Source: Propionibacterium ruminifibrarum (GTDB lineage: Bacteria; Actinomycetota; Actinomycetes; Propionibacteriales; Propionibacteriaceae). Taken from it: DNA of 32,000 nt. The stretch covers positions 121,206 to 153,205 of the forward strand of contig NZ_OMOH01000002.1 in NCBI RefSeq assembly GCF_900289195.1, in the 5' to 3' direction. Below the pieces are notes generated by a model, which searched no databases, was not told the DNA's origin, and worked only from the letters and a program-made list of their open reading frames with translations. Shown here piece after piece: positions 1 to 8,546 of this stretch (its first letter is position 1; each line of letters begins with the position of its first letter). Both the position numbers and the translations under genes were made by a program.

Positions 1-28
1 GTCTCGGATCGTCCCGCCGAGGCGGCGG

Positions 29-2665
29 TCAGGCGCTCTTCTTCCTGCCACCGCCCCGCCGGCCGCGACGGTGACGCTCGCCGCCGTCCGCCGGGGCCTG
101 GCTGGCGACGGGCTCGTCATGACGGATGTAGCCACGGCCGCCGCACGCGTCGCACTCGACGGTGAAGGCCTCGGCCAGCCCGGTGCCGATGCGTTTGCGC
201 GTCAGCTGCACCAGCCCCAGGCTGGTGACCTCGCTCACCTGGTGGCGGGTGCGGTCGCGCCCCAGGCACTCGACCAGCCGACGCAGCAGCAGCTCGCGGT
301 TCGCGGGCAGCACCATGTCGATGAAGTCGATCACGACGATGCCGCCCAGGTCACGCAGACGCAGCTGGCGGACGATCTCCTCGGCGGCCTCCAGGTTGTT
401 CTTGGTGACGGTCTCCTCCAGGTTGCCGCCCGAACCGGTGAACTTCCCGGTGTTGACGTCGATGACGGTCATGGCCTCGGTGCGGTCGATGACCAGTGAG
501 CCGCCGGAGGGCAGGAAGACCTTGCGTTCGAGCGCCTTGGAGATCTGCTCGTCGATGCGGTACTCGGCGAACGGGTCCCCCTGGGCGCTGTCCCAGCGCT
601 TCAGCCGGTCGCGCAGATTCGGTGCGACGTGCTCGACGTAGGCCTCGATCGTGTCGAAGGCATCGTTCGGGCCGCCGTCCCCGGCGACGACGAGTTCGGA
701 GAAGTCCTCGGTGAACACGTCGCGCACGATGCGCAGGGTCAGGTCGGGTTCGGCGTAGAGCTGCTGCGGGGCGTTGCCGGTGGCGGCCTTCTTGTCGATG
801 ACCTCCCACTGGGCCTTGAGCCGTTCGACGTCACGACGCAGGTCGTCGGCCGAGACGCCCTCGGCCGCGGTACGGACGATGACGGAGCTGGACTCGTCGA
901 CCGCCTCGTTGATGATCTCCCGCAGCCGTCGTCGCTCGGTGTCGGGCAGTTTGCGGCTGATGCCGGACAGGTGGCCGTCCGGGGAGTAGACGACGTAGCG
1001 GCCGGGCAGCGAGATGTGCGCCGTCAGGCGAGCGCCCTTGGCACCGATCGGGTCCTTGCTGACCTGGACGAGCACGGTCTGGCCCGGCTTGAGGGCGGTC
1101 TCGATGGTGTGCGGGGCGCTCTTGTCGACCAGGGCGTCCCAGTTGACCTCGCCCGCGTAGAGCACGGCGTTGCGGCCCCGGCCGATGTCGATGAAGGCGG
1201 CCTCCATGCTGGGCAGGACGTTCTGCACCTTGCCGAGGTAGATGTTGCCGATCAGCGAGGTCGACGCCTTGCGATCGACGTAGTGCTCGACCAGGACGTC
1301 GTCCTCGAGCACGGCCAGCTGGGTGTACTCCTCGCGCTGGCGGATGATCATCGTGCGGCTGACCGACTCGCGACGGGCGAGGAACTCCGCCTCGGTGAGG
1401 ATCGGGGCACGGCGGCGTCCGGCGGCACGACCCTCCTTGCGGCGCTGGCGTTTGGCCTCCAGCCGGGTGGAGCCCTCAATACCCGTGACCTCGTCGACGG
1501 CGCTGTGGCGGGGCTCGCGGACGCGCACGACGACATCGCTCGGGTCGTCATCGGAACCGCTGGTGTCCTCGCCGCGGCGGCGACGACGGCGACGACGACG
1601 GTGCTGCCCCTGGCCGGCCTCGGCCTCGGCCTCCTCCTTGGAGTCGTCCTTGTCGGTCTCGGTCTTCTCGGCCGATTCGGCCTCGGCGCCGTCCTCGTCG
1701 CCTCCGGCACCGGAGCCGCGGTGACGGCGACGCCCGCCGCGGCGGCGACGACGGCGGCGCGTGGTCTGCTCCTCCTCACCGGCGTGGTCCTCGCCCTCGG
1801 CGGAGCCGTCCTCGGCCGGTTCGGCCTGCCCCGGCTCCTCGGCGGAGTCCTCCGGGGCGTCGGTCGAGTCCTTGGGTCCGTTCGCGTCCCGGGGCTGTTC
1901 CTCACCGGCGATCGCCGCGGTGAGGGAGTCGAGGACGGCCTGCCTGTCGACCCCCTCATCGCCGGTTCCGGACCGGGCGGTCCTGCCGGCGGCCTCACGC
2001 TCCGCCTCGGCCAGCAGCGCATCGACCTGGTCGACCGCGGACTCATGGGTGGGCGCGGCGGACCGCCGACGGCGGCCGCGGGCGCGGGCCGGTTCTCTCG
2101 CGCCCTCATCAGCGCGTTCCGGGTGCTCGGCCGTGGCGGGCTCTGCGGCGGGTTCGGCCTCCTCGGCGTGGGAGGGGTGCGGGTGAACCGGTTCGGACTG
2201 TTCGTCGCCCCGCTGGCCCGCCGCGGCTGGCTCGGGAGCCTCCGGGTTCGGCGCGCTGGGGAGAATCGGCTGCGTGTCGGGCTCGGGCAGGCCTTCGAGT
2301 TCGGCCTGTTCCGCCCGGCGTTCGGCGGCAACCTCGTCCATGACCTCGGCGATGGCGGCGGCGACCGGATCGAGTCGACGCGCCTTGGGCGCCTCCGCGG
2401 CGTCGGTGCCGGGGTGCGGGGTCTGCTCATCGGTTTCGGCGGTGTCCTCGCCGTCCGTTTCCTGGCCGGTCGGGTCGTGCGGGGCCGGTTCGGTCTCGGC
2501 CGGTTCCTGTTCGTCCGCGGCGGCCACCGGCTCCTCGGCGTTCTTCTCCGGGGTCTCGAGCGCCTGGGGCGGGCCGGCCGGCCGGGTCTTGGCGCGCCGC
2601 CCGCGCGGGGGGCGCGGCAGGTCGTCGGAGACTTCTGAGGCGTTGGACGTCATGTCATCGAGCAT
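29..2665 (-). CDS. rne: ribonuclease E/G family endoribonuclease (actinobacterial RNase E)
   Basis: 878-aa ORF. The C-terminal ~430 aa carry an S1 domain (LIGNIYLGKVQNVLPSMEAAFIDIGRGRNAVLYAGEV), the RNase E/G catalytic core (SLVIDRTEAMTVIDVNTG, GGIVVIDFIDM) and a CxxC Zn-link (ECDACGGRGYI). The N-terminal ~420 aa are acidic/Pro-rich with poly-Arg tracts. SD GAGGAG lies 5 nt upstream of ATG 2665. Confidence 0.9.
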   Translation of the reverse strand: MLDDMTSNASEVSDDLPRPPRGRRAKTRPAGPPQALETPEKNAEEPVAAADEQEPAETEPAPHDPTGQETDGEDTAETDEQTPHPGTDAAEAPKARRLDPVAAAIAEVMDEVAAERRAEQAELEGLPEPDTQPILPSAPNPEAPEPAAAGQRGDEQSEPVHPHPSHAEEAEPAAEPATAEHPERADEGAREPARARGRRRRSAAPTHESAVDQVDALLAEAEREAAGRTARSGTGDEGVDRQAVLDSLTAAIAGEEQPRDANGPKDSTDAPEDSAEEPGQAEPAEDGSAEGEDHAGEEEQTTRRRRRRRGGRRRHRGSGAGGDEDGAEAESAEKTETDKDDSKEEAEAEAGQGQHRRRRRRRRRGEDTSGSDDDPSDVVVRVREPRHSAVDEVTGIEGSTRLEAKRQRRKEGRAAGRRRAPILTEAEFLARRESVSRTMIIRQREEYTQLAVLEDDVLVEHYVDRKASTSLIGNIYLGKVQNVLPSMEAAFIDIGRGRNAVLYAGEVNWDALVDKSAPHTIETALKPGQTVLVQVSKDPIGAKGARLTAHISLPGRYVVYSPDGHLSGISRKLPDTERRRLREIINEAVDESSSVIVRTAAEGVSADDLRRDVERLKAQWEVIDKKAATGNAPQQLYAEPDLTLRIVRDVFTEDFSELVVAGDGGPNDAFDTIEAYVEHVAPNLRDRLKRWDSAQGDPFAEYRIDEQISKALERKVFLPSGGSLVIDRTEAMTVIDVNTGKFTGSGGNLEETVTKNNLEAAEEIVRQLRLRDLGGIVVIDFIDMVLPANRELLLRRLVECLGRDRTRHQVSEVTSLGLVQLTRKRIGTGLAEAFTVECDACGGRGYIRHDEPVASQAPADGGERHRRGRRGGGRKKSA

Positions 2666-2908
2666 GGGGGCTCCTCTTGCACCTGTGCAGGTGCGGGTCA
2701 GTCACATCCGCGTCGCGTGCGACACGCGTGCGACAAAAGCTGGCGGCTCCCGCTGCGCCGGAATCCCCCGCGGTCTGCTCTCGCGTCGCGGTGAGGATGC
2801 GCCTGGCGTGCGGGTACGGGCGCTTGGCGGCCCTTACCTGTGGACGATTATGACACATGCCCCGAATCCCGAGCGGGACCGACGCGCCCCGGCCCGGACG
2901 GCCGGCCC
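2666..2908 (-). promoter_or_regulatory. rne upstream/leader region (243 nt) with hairpin and 11-bp tandem repeat
   Basis: Non-coding gap between the TIGR03936 stop and the rne start. A GCACCT-GTGC-AGGTGC hairpin at 2679-2694 lies immediately upstream of the rne SD. A perfect tandem CGCGTGCGACA x2 sits at 2714-2735. The regulatory role is inferred. Confidence 0.35.
2714..2735. repeat. perfect 11-bp tandem direct repeat (CGCGTGCGACA x2)
   Basis: Read directly: cgcgtgcgaca at 2714-2724 is repeated exactly at 2725-2735 and followed by an A-run. Confidence 0.6.
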
Positions 2909-3769
2909 TCACTCGGCTCTCGTCGTCCGCGTCCCGCCGTCGGCAGTGGCATCGGGGACGTCCAGCGGATCGCCGATCGAGCCGTCGGACCGCAGCGGCC
3001 CCTGGCGCAGCCGGGTGAAGAGCCCGGGATGCTCCCCTCCCAGGCCGGGGCGCAGCCGGCGCAGCGCCGCCAGCACGTCATCGGGACGCACGAGCGGGGT
3101 GCCGTGAGTGACACGAACCCGGACATGGCCCTCCTCGTCCACCTGCGCGGAGCGGACCGCCGGGCGAGCGTCGAACACCCGCTCGCCCTTGCGCGTGGCA
3201 CGGCTGACCTCGACCGATTCGGCGGCGATCAGCGCCCGGATCGCCGACTCGAGGTCCTGCCGGTCCACGGCACCGAGGTCGATCACCCAGTCCGAGGCCT
3301 GCAGCACGTCCGCCAGCGCCGGCCGGTGCCCCTCGACGACGCGCAGCACCCGGAAACCAGTGGGCAGGGCGGCATTGAGGTCGTCACGCACCTGATCGGG
3401 GTCGAGTACCTCGAGGACGGCGATGTCGGCGTACTCGGCGTATGAGGCGGCCGATGTCGGCGCCGAGTTGGCGTAGCTGATCCGCGGGTGCGGCGAGAAG
3501 CCCGACGAGTAGGCCATCGGGATACCGGCGCGGCGCAACGCCCGCTCGAAGGCCCGGGAGAAGTCGCGGTGCGAGGCGAACCTTGCCACGCCGAGCTTGG
3601 AGTAGCTCAGGCGCAGGCGCTGCACCGGGGGCGGCTGACGCGGTGGTTCTCGACGAGGCACCCACGTATGGTAGACGCCCGGTGGCACTGGTACGAACCG
3701 GCTCTCCCCTCGCTCCGCCCGCGCGGGGAGCTCCGCCGCCGGCCCCCTGCCTCCCGGGTCGGACCCCAC
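2909..3769 (-). CDS. TIGR03936 (DUF2344) radical SAM-associated protein
   Basis: RLRLSYSKLGVARFASHRDFSRAFERALRRAGIPMAYSSGFSPHPRISYA matches the family N-terminal signature. GTG start at 3769. The ~50-aa Pro/Arg-rich extension before the signature makes the true start uncertain; in-frame GTGs lie further in. Confidence 0.8.
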   Translation of the reverse strand: MGSDPGGRGPAAELPARAERGESRFVPVPPGVYHTWVPRREPPRQPPPVQRLRLSYSKLGVARFASHRDFSRAFERALRRAGIPMAYSSGFSPHPRISYANSAPTSAASYAEYADIAVLEVLDPDQVRDDLNAALPTGFRVLRVVEGHRPALADVLQASDWVIDLGAVDRQDLESAIRALIAAESVEVSRATRKGERVFDARPAVRSAQVDEEGHVRVRVTHGTPLVRPDDVLAALRRLRPGLGGEHPGLFTRLRQGPLRSDGSIGDPLDVPDATADGGTRTTRAE

Positions 3770-3845
3770 CCTGGACGTGCCGGGATCCGGCGAACCACAT
3801 GTGGTTGAAATGGCTACTACCCGTTATCGTGTCGGCACCGACTCG

Positions 3846-4889
3846 ATGAAAGGAAACCCATTGGTCCCGGCCACCGCCTGGGTCGCCACGATCATCCTGA
3901 TCGTCGCCCTGCTGGCGTTCGACTACTTCTTCCACGTCCGTAAGGCCCATGTGCCCTCGCTGCGGGAGGCCGGCATCTGGTCGGCCGTCTACATCGGCAT
4001 CGCCCTGCTCTTCGGCGTGCTCGTGACCGTCCTCGGCGGCACCGAGATGGGTGAGGAGTACTTCGCCGGGTACATCACGGAGAAGGCGCTCAGCGTCGAC
4101 AACCTGTTCGTCTTCCTCATCATCATGTCCAGCTTCGCCGTGCCCAGGGCGACCCAGCAGAAGGTGCTGCTGTTCGGCATCATCGTCTCGCTGGTGGCCC
4201 GTACCGCCTTCATCCTCATCGGCACGGCGCTCATCACCCACGTCACCTGGGTCTTCTACGTCTTCGGCCTGATCCTGTTCGTCACCGCGGGCCACACCCT
4301 GCGCTCCCACGGCGCCCGGGAGCGCGGCGACCAGGGTGAGAACATCATGATCCGGCTGGCCCGCAGGACGCTGCGCACGAGCGCGCACTACGACGGCGAC
4401 CGGCTCGTCACCACGGTGGGCGGCCGGCGGATGCTCACGCCCCTCGTCGTCGTCATGGCGGCCATCGGCGGCACCGACATCCTGTTCGCCCTCGACTCGA
4501 TCCCCGCCATCTTCGGCCTGACGCAGTCGACCTTCGTCGCCTTCACCGCGACGGTCCTGTCGCTCCTGGGACTGCGCCAGCTCTACTTCCTCATCGACGG
4601 GCTGCTCGACCGGCTGGTCTATCTCTCGTACGGGTTGTCCGGCATCCTCGCCTTCATCGGCGTCAAACTGGTCCTGCACGCACTGCACGAGAACAACGTG
4701 CCGTTCATCAACGACGGTCGGCCGCTGCCCGTCGTCGAGATCCCCACCCCGGTCTCGCTCGTGGTGATCATCGCGATCCTGACGGTCACGGTCACCGCCT
4801 CCCTGGTGGCCGGGCACCGCACCGGTGAGCGGGTGCCCTCGGGCACTGCCGTGACGCCCGGGCGTGGGCGTGAGGCGTCCATCCGGTGA
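3846..4889 (+). CDS. TerC family integral membrane protein
   Basis: FDYFFHVRKAH...EYFAGYITEKALSVDNLFVFLIIMSSF and GGTDILFALDSIPAIFG are TerC hallmarks, with multiple TM segments. ATG 3846 (MKGNPLV...) is chosen over ORF-track start 3777, which would overlap the divergent gene region. Confidence 0.85.
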   Translation: MKGNPLVPATAWVATIILIVALLAFDYFFHVRKAHVPSLREAGIWSAVYIGIALLFGVLVTVLGGTEMGEEYFAGYITEKALSVDNLFVFLIIMSSFAVPRATQQKVLLFGIIVSLVARTAFILIGTALITHVTWVFYVFGLILFVTAGHTLRSHGARERGDQGENIMIRLARRTLRTSAHYDGDRLVTTVGGRRMLTPLVVVMAAIGGTDILFALDSIPAIFGLTQSTFVAFTATVLSLLGLRQLYFLIDGLLDRLVYLSYGLSGILAFIGVKLVLHALHENNVPFINDGRPLPVVEIPTPVSLVVIIAILTVTVTASLVAGHRTGERVPSGTAVTPGRGREASIR

Positions 4890-4896
4890 TCCCGTG

Positions 4897-4916
4897 ACGG
4901 CGGGTGGGCCCGCCGT
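4897..4916. terminator. bidirectional GC hairpin between convergent TerC and radical SAM genes
   Basis: ACGGCGGG-TGGG-CCCGCCGT is a perfect 8-bp stem with a 4-nt loop. It fills the 29-nt gap between stops at 4889 (+) and 4919 (-). Confidence 0.6.
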
Positions 4917-4918
4917 GC

Positions 4919-6895
4919 TCAGGCGGCGCTCGCGCCGGTCTTCTTCCGTCGCGGCGGCAGGGGCGCCAGGGGCAGCAGCGTCGTCCCGGAGGGGCCCATC
5001 TCGATGTCGACGCCGAAGCGCGGGCAGACGCCGCAGTCCTTGCAGTCGTCCCAGCGGCAGTCGGCGATCTGCTGGGCGGCGCACCCGGCGAGGTACTCCT
5101 GCCACAGCCAGGTGCGATCGAGCCCCGAGTCGAGGTGGTCCCAGGGCAGGACCTCGTGCTCGGCGCGCGGACGTGTGGTGTACCAGGCCATGTCGACGCC
5201 CAGGGGTTCCAGCTCGATGATGGCGCAGTCGACCCATCGCTGGTAGTCGAAGTGCTCCCGCCAGCCGTCGAACCGGCCCCCGTCGAGCCAGACGGCCTCG
5301 ATGACGCGGCCCACGCGCCGGTCGCCGCGGGCCAGCAGCCCCTCGACCTGGCCCGGTTCGCCGTCGGACCAGCGGATCGTGATGGCGCGACTGAACCCCT
5401 TGTCGGCGCGTACGGCCTCCCGGAGCACACCGATGCGATGGTCGATGAGTTCGGGATCGGCCTGTTCGGCCCACTGGAAGGGGGTGTGGGCCTTGGGCAC
5501 GAAACCGCCGATCGAGATCGTGCACGAGATGTCGCGCCGCCCGGTGATCTCGCGGCCGGTCTCGACGACGCGGTGGGCCAGGCGCGCGATGGCGAGCATG
5601 TCCTCGTCCGTCTCGGTGGGCAGACCGCACATGAAGTACATCTTCACCGAACGCCAGCCCTGGCTGAAGGCTGCGGTGACCGTCGACATGAGGTCGTCCT
5701 CGCTGACGTTCTTGTTGATGACGGCCCGCATGCGCTCCGAACCGGCCTCGGGCGCGATCGTCAGACCGGAACGACGTCCGCCCCGGGACAGCTCGCGGGC
5801 CAGGTCGACGTTGAAGGCGTCGACCCGGGTGCTCGGGATGGACAGTGAGACGTTGCCGCCCTCGTACCGGTCGGCCAGCTGGTGGGTGATCTCGTTGATC
5901 TCGGTGTGGTCGGCGCTCGACAGGCTGAGCAGGCCGACCTCCTCGAGGCCCGTCGCGCGCAGACCGGCGTCGACCATGGCACCGATGGTGGCGAGTGAGC
6001 GCTCGCGCACCGGGCGGGTGATCATGCCCGCCTGGCAGAACCGGCAGCCGCGGGTGCAGCCGCGGAAGATCTCTGCCGAGTAGCGCTCGTGGATGGTCTC
6101 GGCGAGGGGGACGATGGGCGCCTTGGGATAGGGCCACTCGTCCAGGTCGGTGAGCACCCAGCGGCCGACCGTGGTCGGCACGCCACGCCTGGTGGGGCTG
6201 ATGCGGGCGATGGCGCCGTCGGGGCCGTACTCGACGGCGTAGAAGCGCGGCACGTAGAACATGCCGGTGGCGGCCAGGGTCTCCAGGACCTGGTCGCGCC
6301 CGCCGGGGCAGCCGGCCAGCCGCCACTCGCGGACGATGCGCGACAGCTCGATGACGGCCTCCTCGCCGTCGCCGAGGACGACGACGTCGACGAAGTCGGC
6401 GATCGGCTCCGGGTTGAACGCGCAGTGCCCGCCGATGAGGACGATCGGGTCGTCCATGGTGCGTTCAGCGCTGTGGATGGGGATGCCGGCCAGGTCGAGG
6501 GCGTTGAGCAGGTTCGTGTAGCCGAGCTCGGTGCTCAGACTGATGCCGAGCACGTCATAGGCCCTGACCGGGCGGTGGCTCTCGAGCGTGAACTGCGGCA
6601 GGCCGTGGGCCCGCATGAGCTCCTCGAGGTCCGGCCAGACGCTGAAGCTGCGTTCAGCACTGGCCCAGCCGAGCTCGTTGATGACCTCGTAGAGGATGGC
6701 CAGGCCCTGGTTGGGCTGGCCGACGCCGTAGGTGTCGGGGTACATGAGCACCCAGTGCACCTGCGCGTCCTCCCACGCACGCGTCTGCGCGTTGATCTCG
6801 CCGCCCACGTACTGCACCGGTGTCGAGACCCTGGCCAGCAGCGGGCTCAACTCGTCGAGGAGCCCGGCCGGCGCGGGACGCAGCTGCTCAGTCAT
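4919..6895 (-). CDS. TIGR03960 family B12-binding-domain radical SAM protein
   Basis: 658 aa. Radical SAM cysteine motif CTRGCRFCQAG. N-terminal B12-binding-like region (VVVLGDGEEAV). Family-typical length and its pairing with TIGR03936 support the call. Confidence 0.9.
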   Translation of the reverse strand: MTEQLRPAPAGLLDELSPLLARVSTPVQYVGGEINAQTRAWEDAQVHWVLMYPDTYGVGQPNQGLAILYEVINELGWASAERSFSVWPDLEELMRAHGLPQFTLESHRPVRAYDVLGISLSTELGYTNLLNALDLAGIPIHSAERTMDDPIVLIGGHCAFNPEPIADFVDVVVLGDGEEAVIELSRIVREWRLAGCPGGRDQVLETLAATGMFYVPRFYAVEYGPDGAIARISPTRRGVPTTVGRWVLTDLDEWPYPKAPIVPLAETIHERYSAEIFRGCTRGCRFCQAGMITRPVRERSLATIGAMVDAGLRATGLEEVGLLSLSSADHTEINEITHQLADRYEGGNVSLSIPSTRVDAFNVDLARELSRGGRRSGLTIAPEAGSERMRAVINKNVSEDDLMSTVTAAFSQGWRSVKMYFMCGLPTETDEDMLAIARLAHRVVETGREITGRRDISCTISIGGFVPKAHTPFQWAEQADPELIDHRIGVLREAVRADKGFSRAITIRWSDGEPGQVEGLLARGDRRVGRVIEAVWLDGGRFDGWREHFDYQRWVDCAIIELEPLGVDMAWYTTRPRAEHEVLPWDHLDSGLDRTWLWQEYLAGCAAQQIADCRWDDCKDCGVCPRFGVDIEMGPSGTTLLPLAPLPPRRKKTGASAA

Positions 6896-8467
6896 TCATT
6901 CCTCCTGCCGTGGAGCGGCCCCTTCATCGAACGGCGGCTCCCCCTCCATGATCCGCGGCCGGTCAACGGGCGGCCCCCACGAAGCCAGCACGTCGTCGCT
7001 CGGCTCGGCGCCCCAGGGCGCCGCCGTGCCGGGTCGGTCCACCGGCGGCATGCCGACCGGCTGCTGCGCCGCAGGGGCAGGCGGGTCCCCGAGCCATCCG
7101 GCGCCCTGGGCCCCGCCAGGCCGGTTCATGCCCTCGGCGGGAGGACTCGCGGGCCAGGTCCGAGCGGTCGTCGTGGTCGGCACGTCGGCCTCCACCGGTG
7201 GCCGGGCCGCGGTCGTGGTCGGTACATCGGCCTCCACCGGCGGCCGGGACACCGGTTCTGCCGGGACGGGAGATGGATCGCCCCACTGGGGCGCCGGGAG
7301 CTGGCCGCCCCACTGGGGCGGGGCCGCCTGCTGCGGTGCGTACCAGCCGCCCCACTGGGAGGCGGGATGGCCGGTCGGCTGCTGGTAGGACGGCACCGGG
7401 ACGGGGGCCCCGTAGGGCGCTGCCGGGACGGGGACGGCCTGCGGCCAGGGCCCGGCAGGTGCGGGCGGCGCGGCCGGGGCCGGCGTGCTGGTCGTGGCCA
7501 GTCCCCTGGCCCGGGCGCGCCAGCAGACGAGCACGGTGGCGACGGCGATGAAGACGAGCTGCAGCAGGCTCAGGGGGCTGCCGGCCCCCTCGGAGCGGTC
7601 CATCAGGTGGCTGATGTCGCTGAACGGCAGGAGGGCCATGGCCGTCATGTTGTTGATGATGTGCATGGCCGTCGAGGCCTCCAGCCCGCCGGTGTGGTAG
7701 CACATGAGGCAGCATCCGATGCCGAACCCGACGTAGAAGATGTTGAGCCACGGGTCCTGTGCGCCGTGGGCCAGCATGAAGAAGAGGGAGCTGACGGCGC
7801 AGCCGGTGACCGCCGAGACGATGCGCAGCGTCCTCGTGCGCTGGGGGAAGCAGCTGGCCACGAGACGGTTGATACCGCCGCGGAAGAACCATTCCTCGCC
7901 TGCGCACTGGATGGGCGTGGTGAGCAGCAGGCCCAGGAGGAGGACGACGGTGTCGTCGTTGACGGACAGCCCACCCAGCCCGGTGCCCGTGAGGATCATG
8001 CTGAGCGCGATGAAGACGACCCAGAGCGGCAGGAACATGAGCAGGCAGCCGCCGAACCAGCGCCAGCGGAACCGTCCCGTCACCGAGTGGACGAAACCGA
8101 TGGGCTGGGAGTGGATGCGCGCGACGAGCCAGACGATCGGGATCGAGCAGGCCAGCGCCAGGTTGTTCATGATGAACAGTTCGGGCGTGAGACCGCCGCC
8201 CGTCGTGAGCTGTTCCACGTAGTCGTCGGCGGAGACGTCCCCGCCGGACAGGGTCATGACGATGGCGGCCAGGCCGAAGCCGATGGTGGCGGCGAACCAC
8301 AGCACCCCGGCGACCAGGGCGCCGACGACCGGCCGCCACACCCGCCAGCGCGCGGAACGCCACAGCCCGTGGTACCTGACCGGCGTCGTGGGCAACTCCG
8401 GCTCGTAGGGCTGCTGCCAGACCACGGGCATCGGCGGGTACGCGGTCGGGGGGTACGCGGTGCTCAT
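6896..8467 (-). CDS. CPBP family intramembrane glutamic endopeptidase with Pro-rich C-terminal tail
   Basis: CPBP motifs EEWFFR, FMLAHG and HIINN lie in a polytopic membrane core. The C-terminal ~190 aa are Pro-rich with PQWG and RPPVEADVPTTT repeats. ATG 8467 (MSTAYPP...) is chosen because the longer ORF-track start overlaps folC. Confidence 0.75.
   Translation of the reverse strand: MSTAYPPTAYPPMPVVWQQPYEPELPTTPVRYHGLWRSARWRVWRPVVGALVAGVLWFAATIGFGLAAIVMTLSGGDVSADDYVEQLTTGGGLTPELFIMNNLALACSIPIVWLVARIHSQPIGFVHSVTGRFRWRWFGGCLLMFLPLWVVFIALSMILTGTGLGGLSVNDDTVVLLLGLLLTTPIQCAGEEWFFRGGINRLVASCFPQRTRTLRIVSAVTGCAVSSLFFMLAHGAQDPWLNIFYVGFGIGCCLMCYHTGGLEASTAMHIINNMTAMALLPFSDISHLMDRSEGAGSPLSLLQLVFIAVATVLVCWRARARGLATTSTPAPAAPPAPAGPWPQAVPVPAAPYGAPVPVPSYQQPTGHPASQWGGWYAPQQAAPPQWGGQLPAPQWGDPSPVPAEPVSRPPVEADVPTTTAARPPVEADVPTTTTARTWPASPPAEGMNRPGGAQGAGWLGDPPAPAAQQPVGMPPVDRPGTAAPWGAEPSDDVLASWGPPVDRPRIMEGEPPFDEGAAPRQEE
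7164..7250 (-). repeat. in-frame 45/42-bp tandem repeat inside the CPBP tail
   Basis: Copies at 7164-7208 and 7209-7250 are near-identical, differing by one extra tcg codon and a few substitutions. They encode RPPVEADVPTTT(T)A twice. Confidence 0.8.
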
Positions 8468-8546
8468 GGTCAAAACCCTAACGACTCGCCCCCGGGCCCG
8501 GGGAACCGTCCACAACCGGGTTTGGGGGAAGCCGAACGCCGGGACG

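Noticed and set aside
3770-3845. Possible yybP-ykoY (Mn2+) riboswitch upstream of the TerC gene
   Set aside because: TerC genes often carry this riboswitch, but the gap is only 76 nt. I could not find the conserved GGGGAGUAG / GAGACC-type elements on the plus strand. A CGGGTAGTAGCC-like string occurs only on the wrong strand. An Infernal RF00080 scan would be decisive.
3384-6326. 980-aa minus-strand ORF, and the similar long ORFs 629-2638(+), 6089-8587(+), 18590-20710(+), 19668-21434(+), 24907-26568(+) and 8460-9893(+)
   Set aside because: All overlap well-supported genes in other frames or strands, and their products are Arg/Pro/Gly-rich without domain signatures. I treat them as GC-driven shadow ORFs, not overlapping genes.
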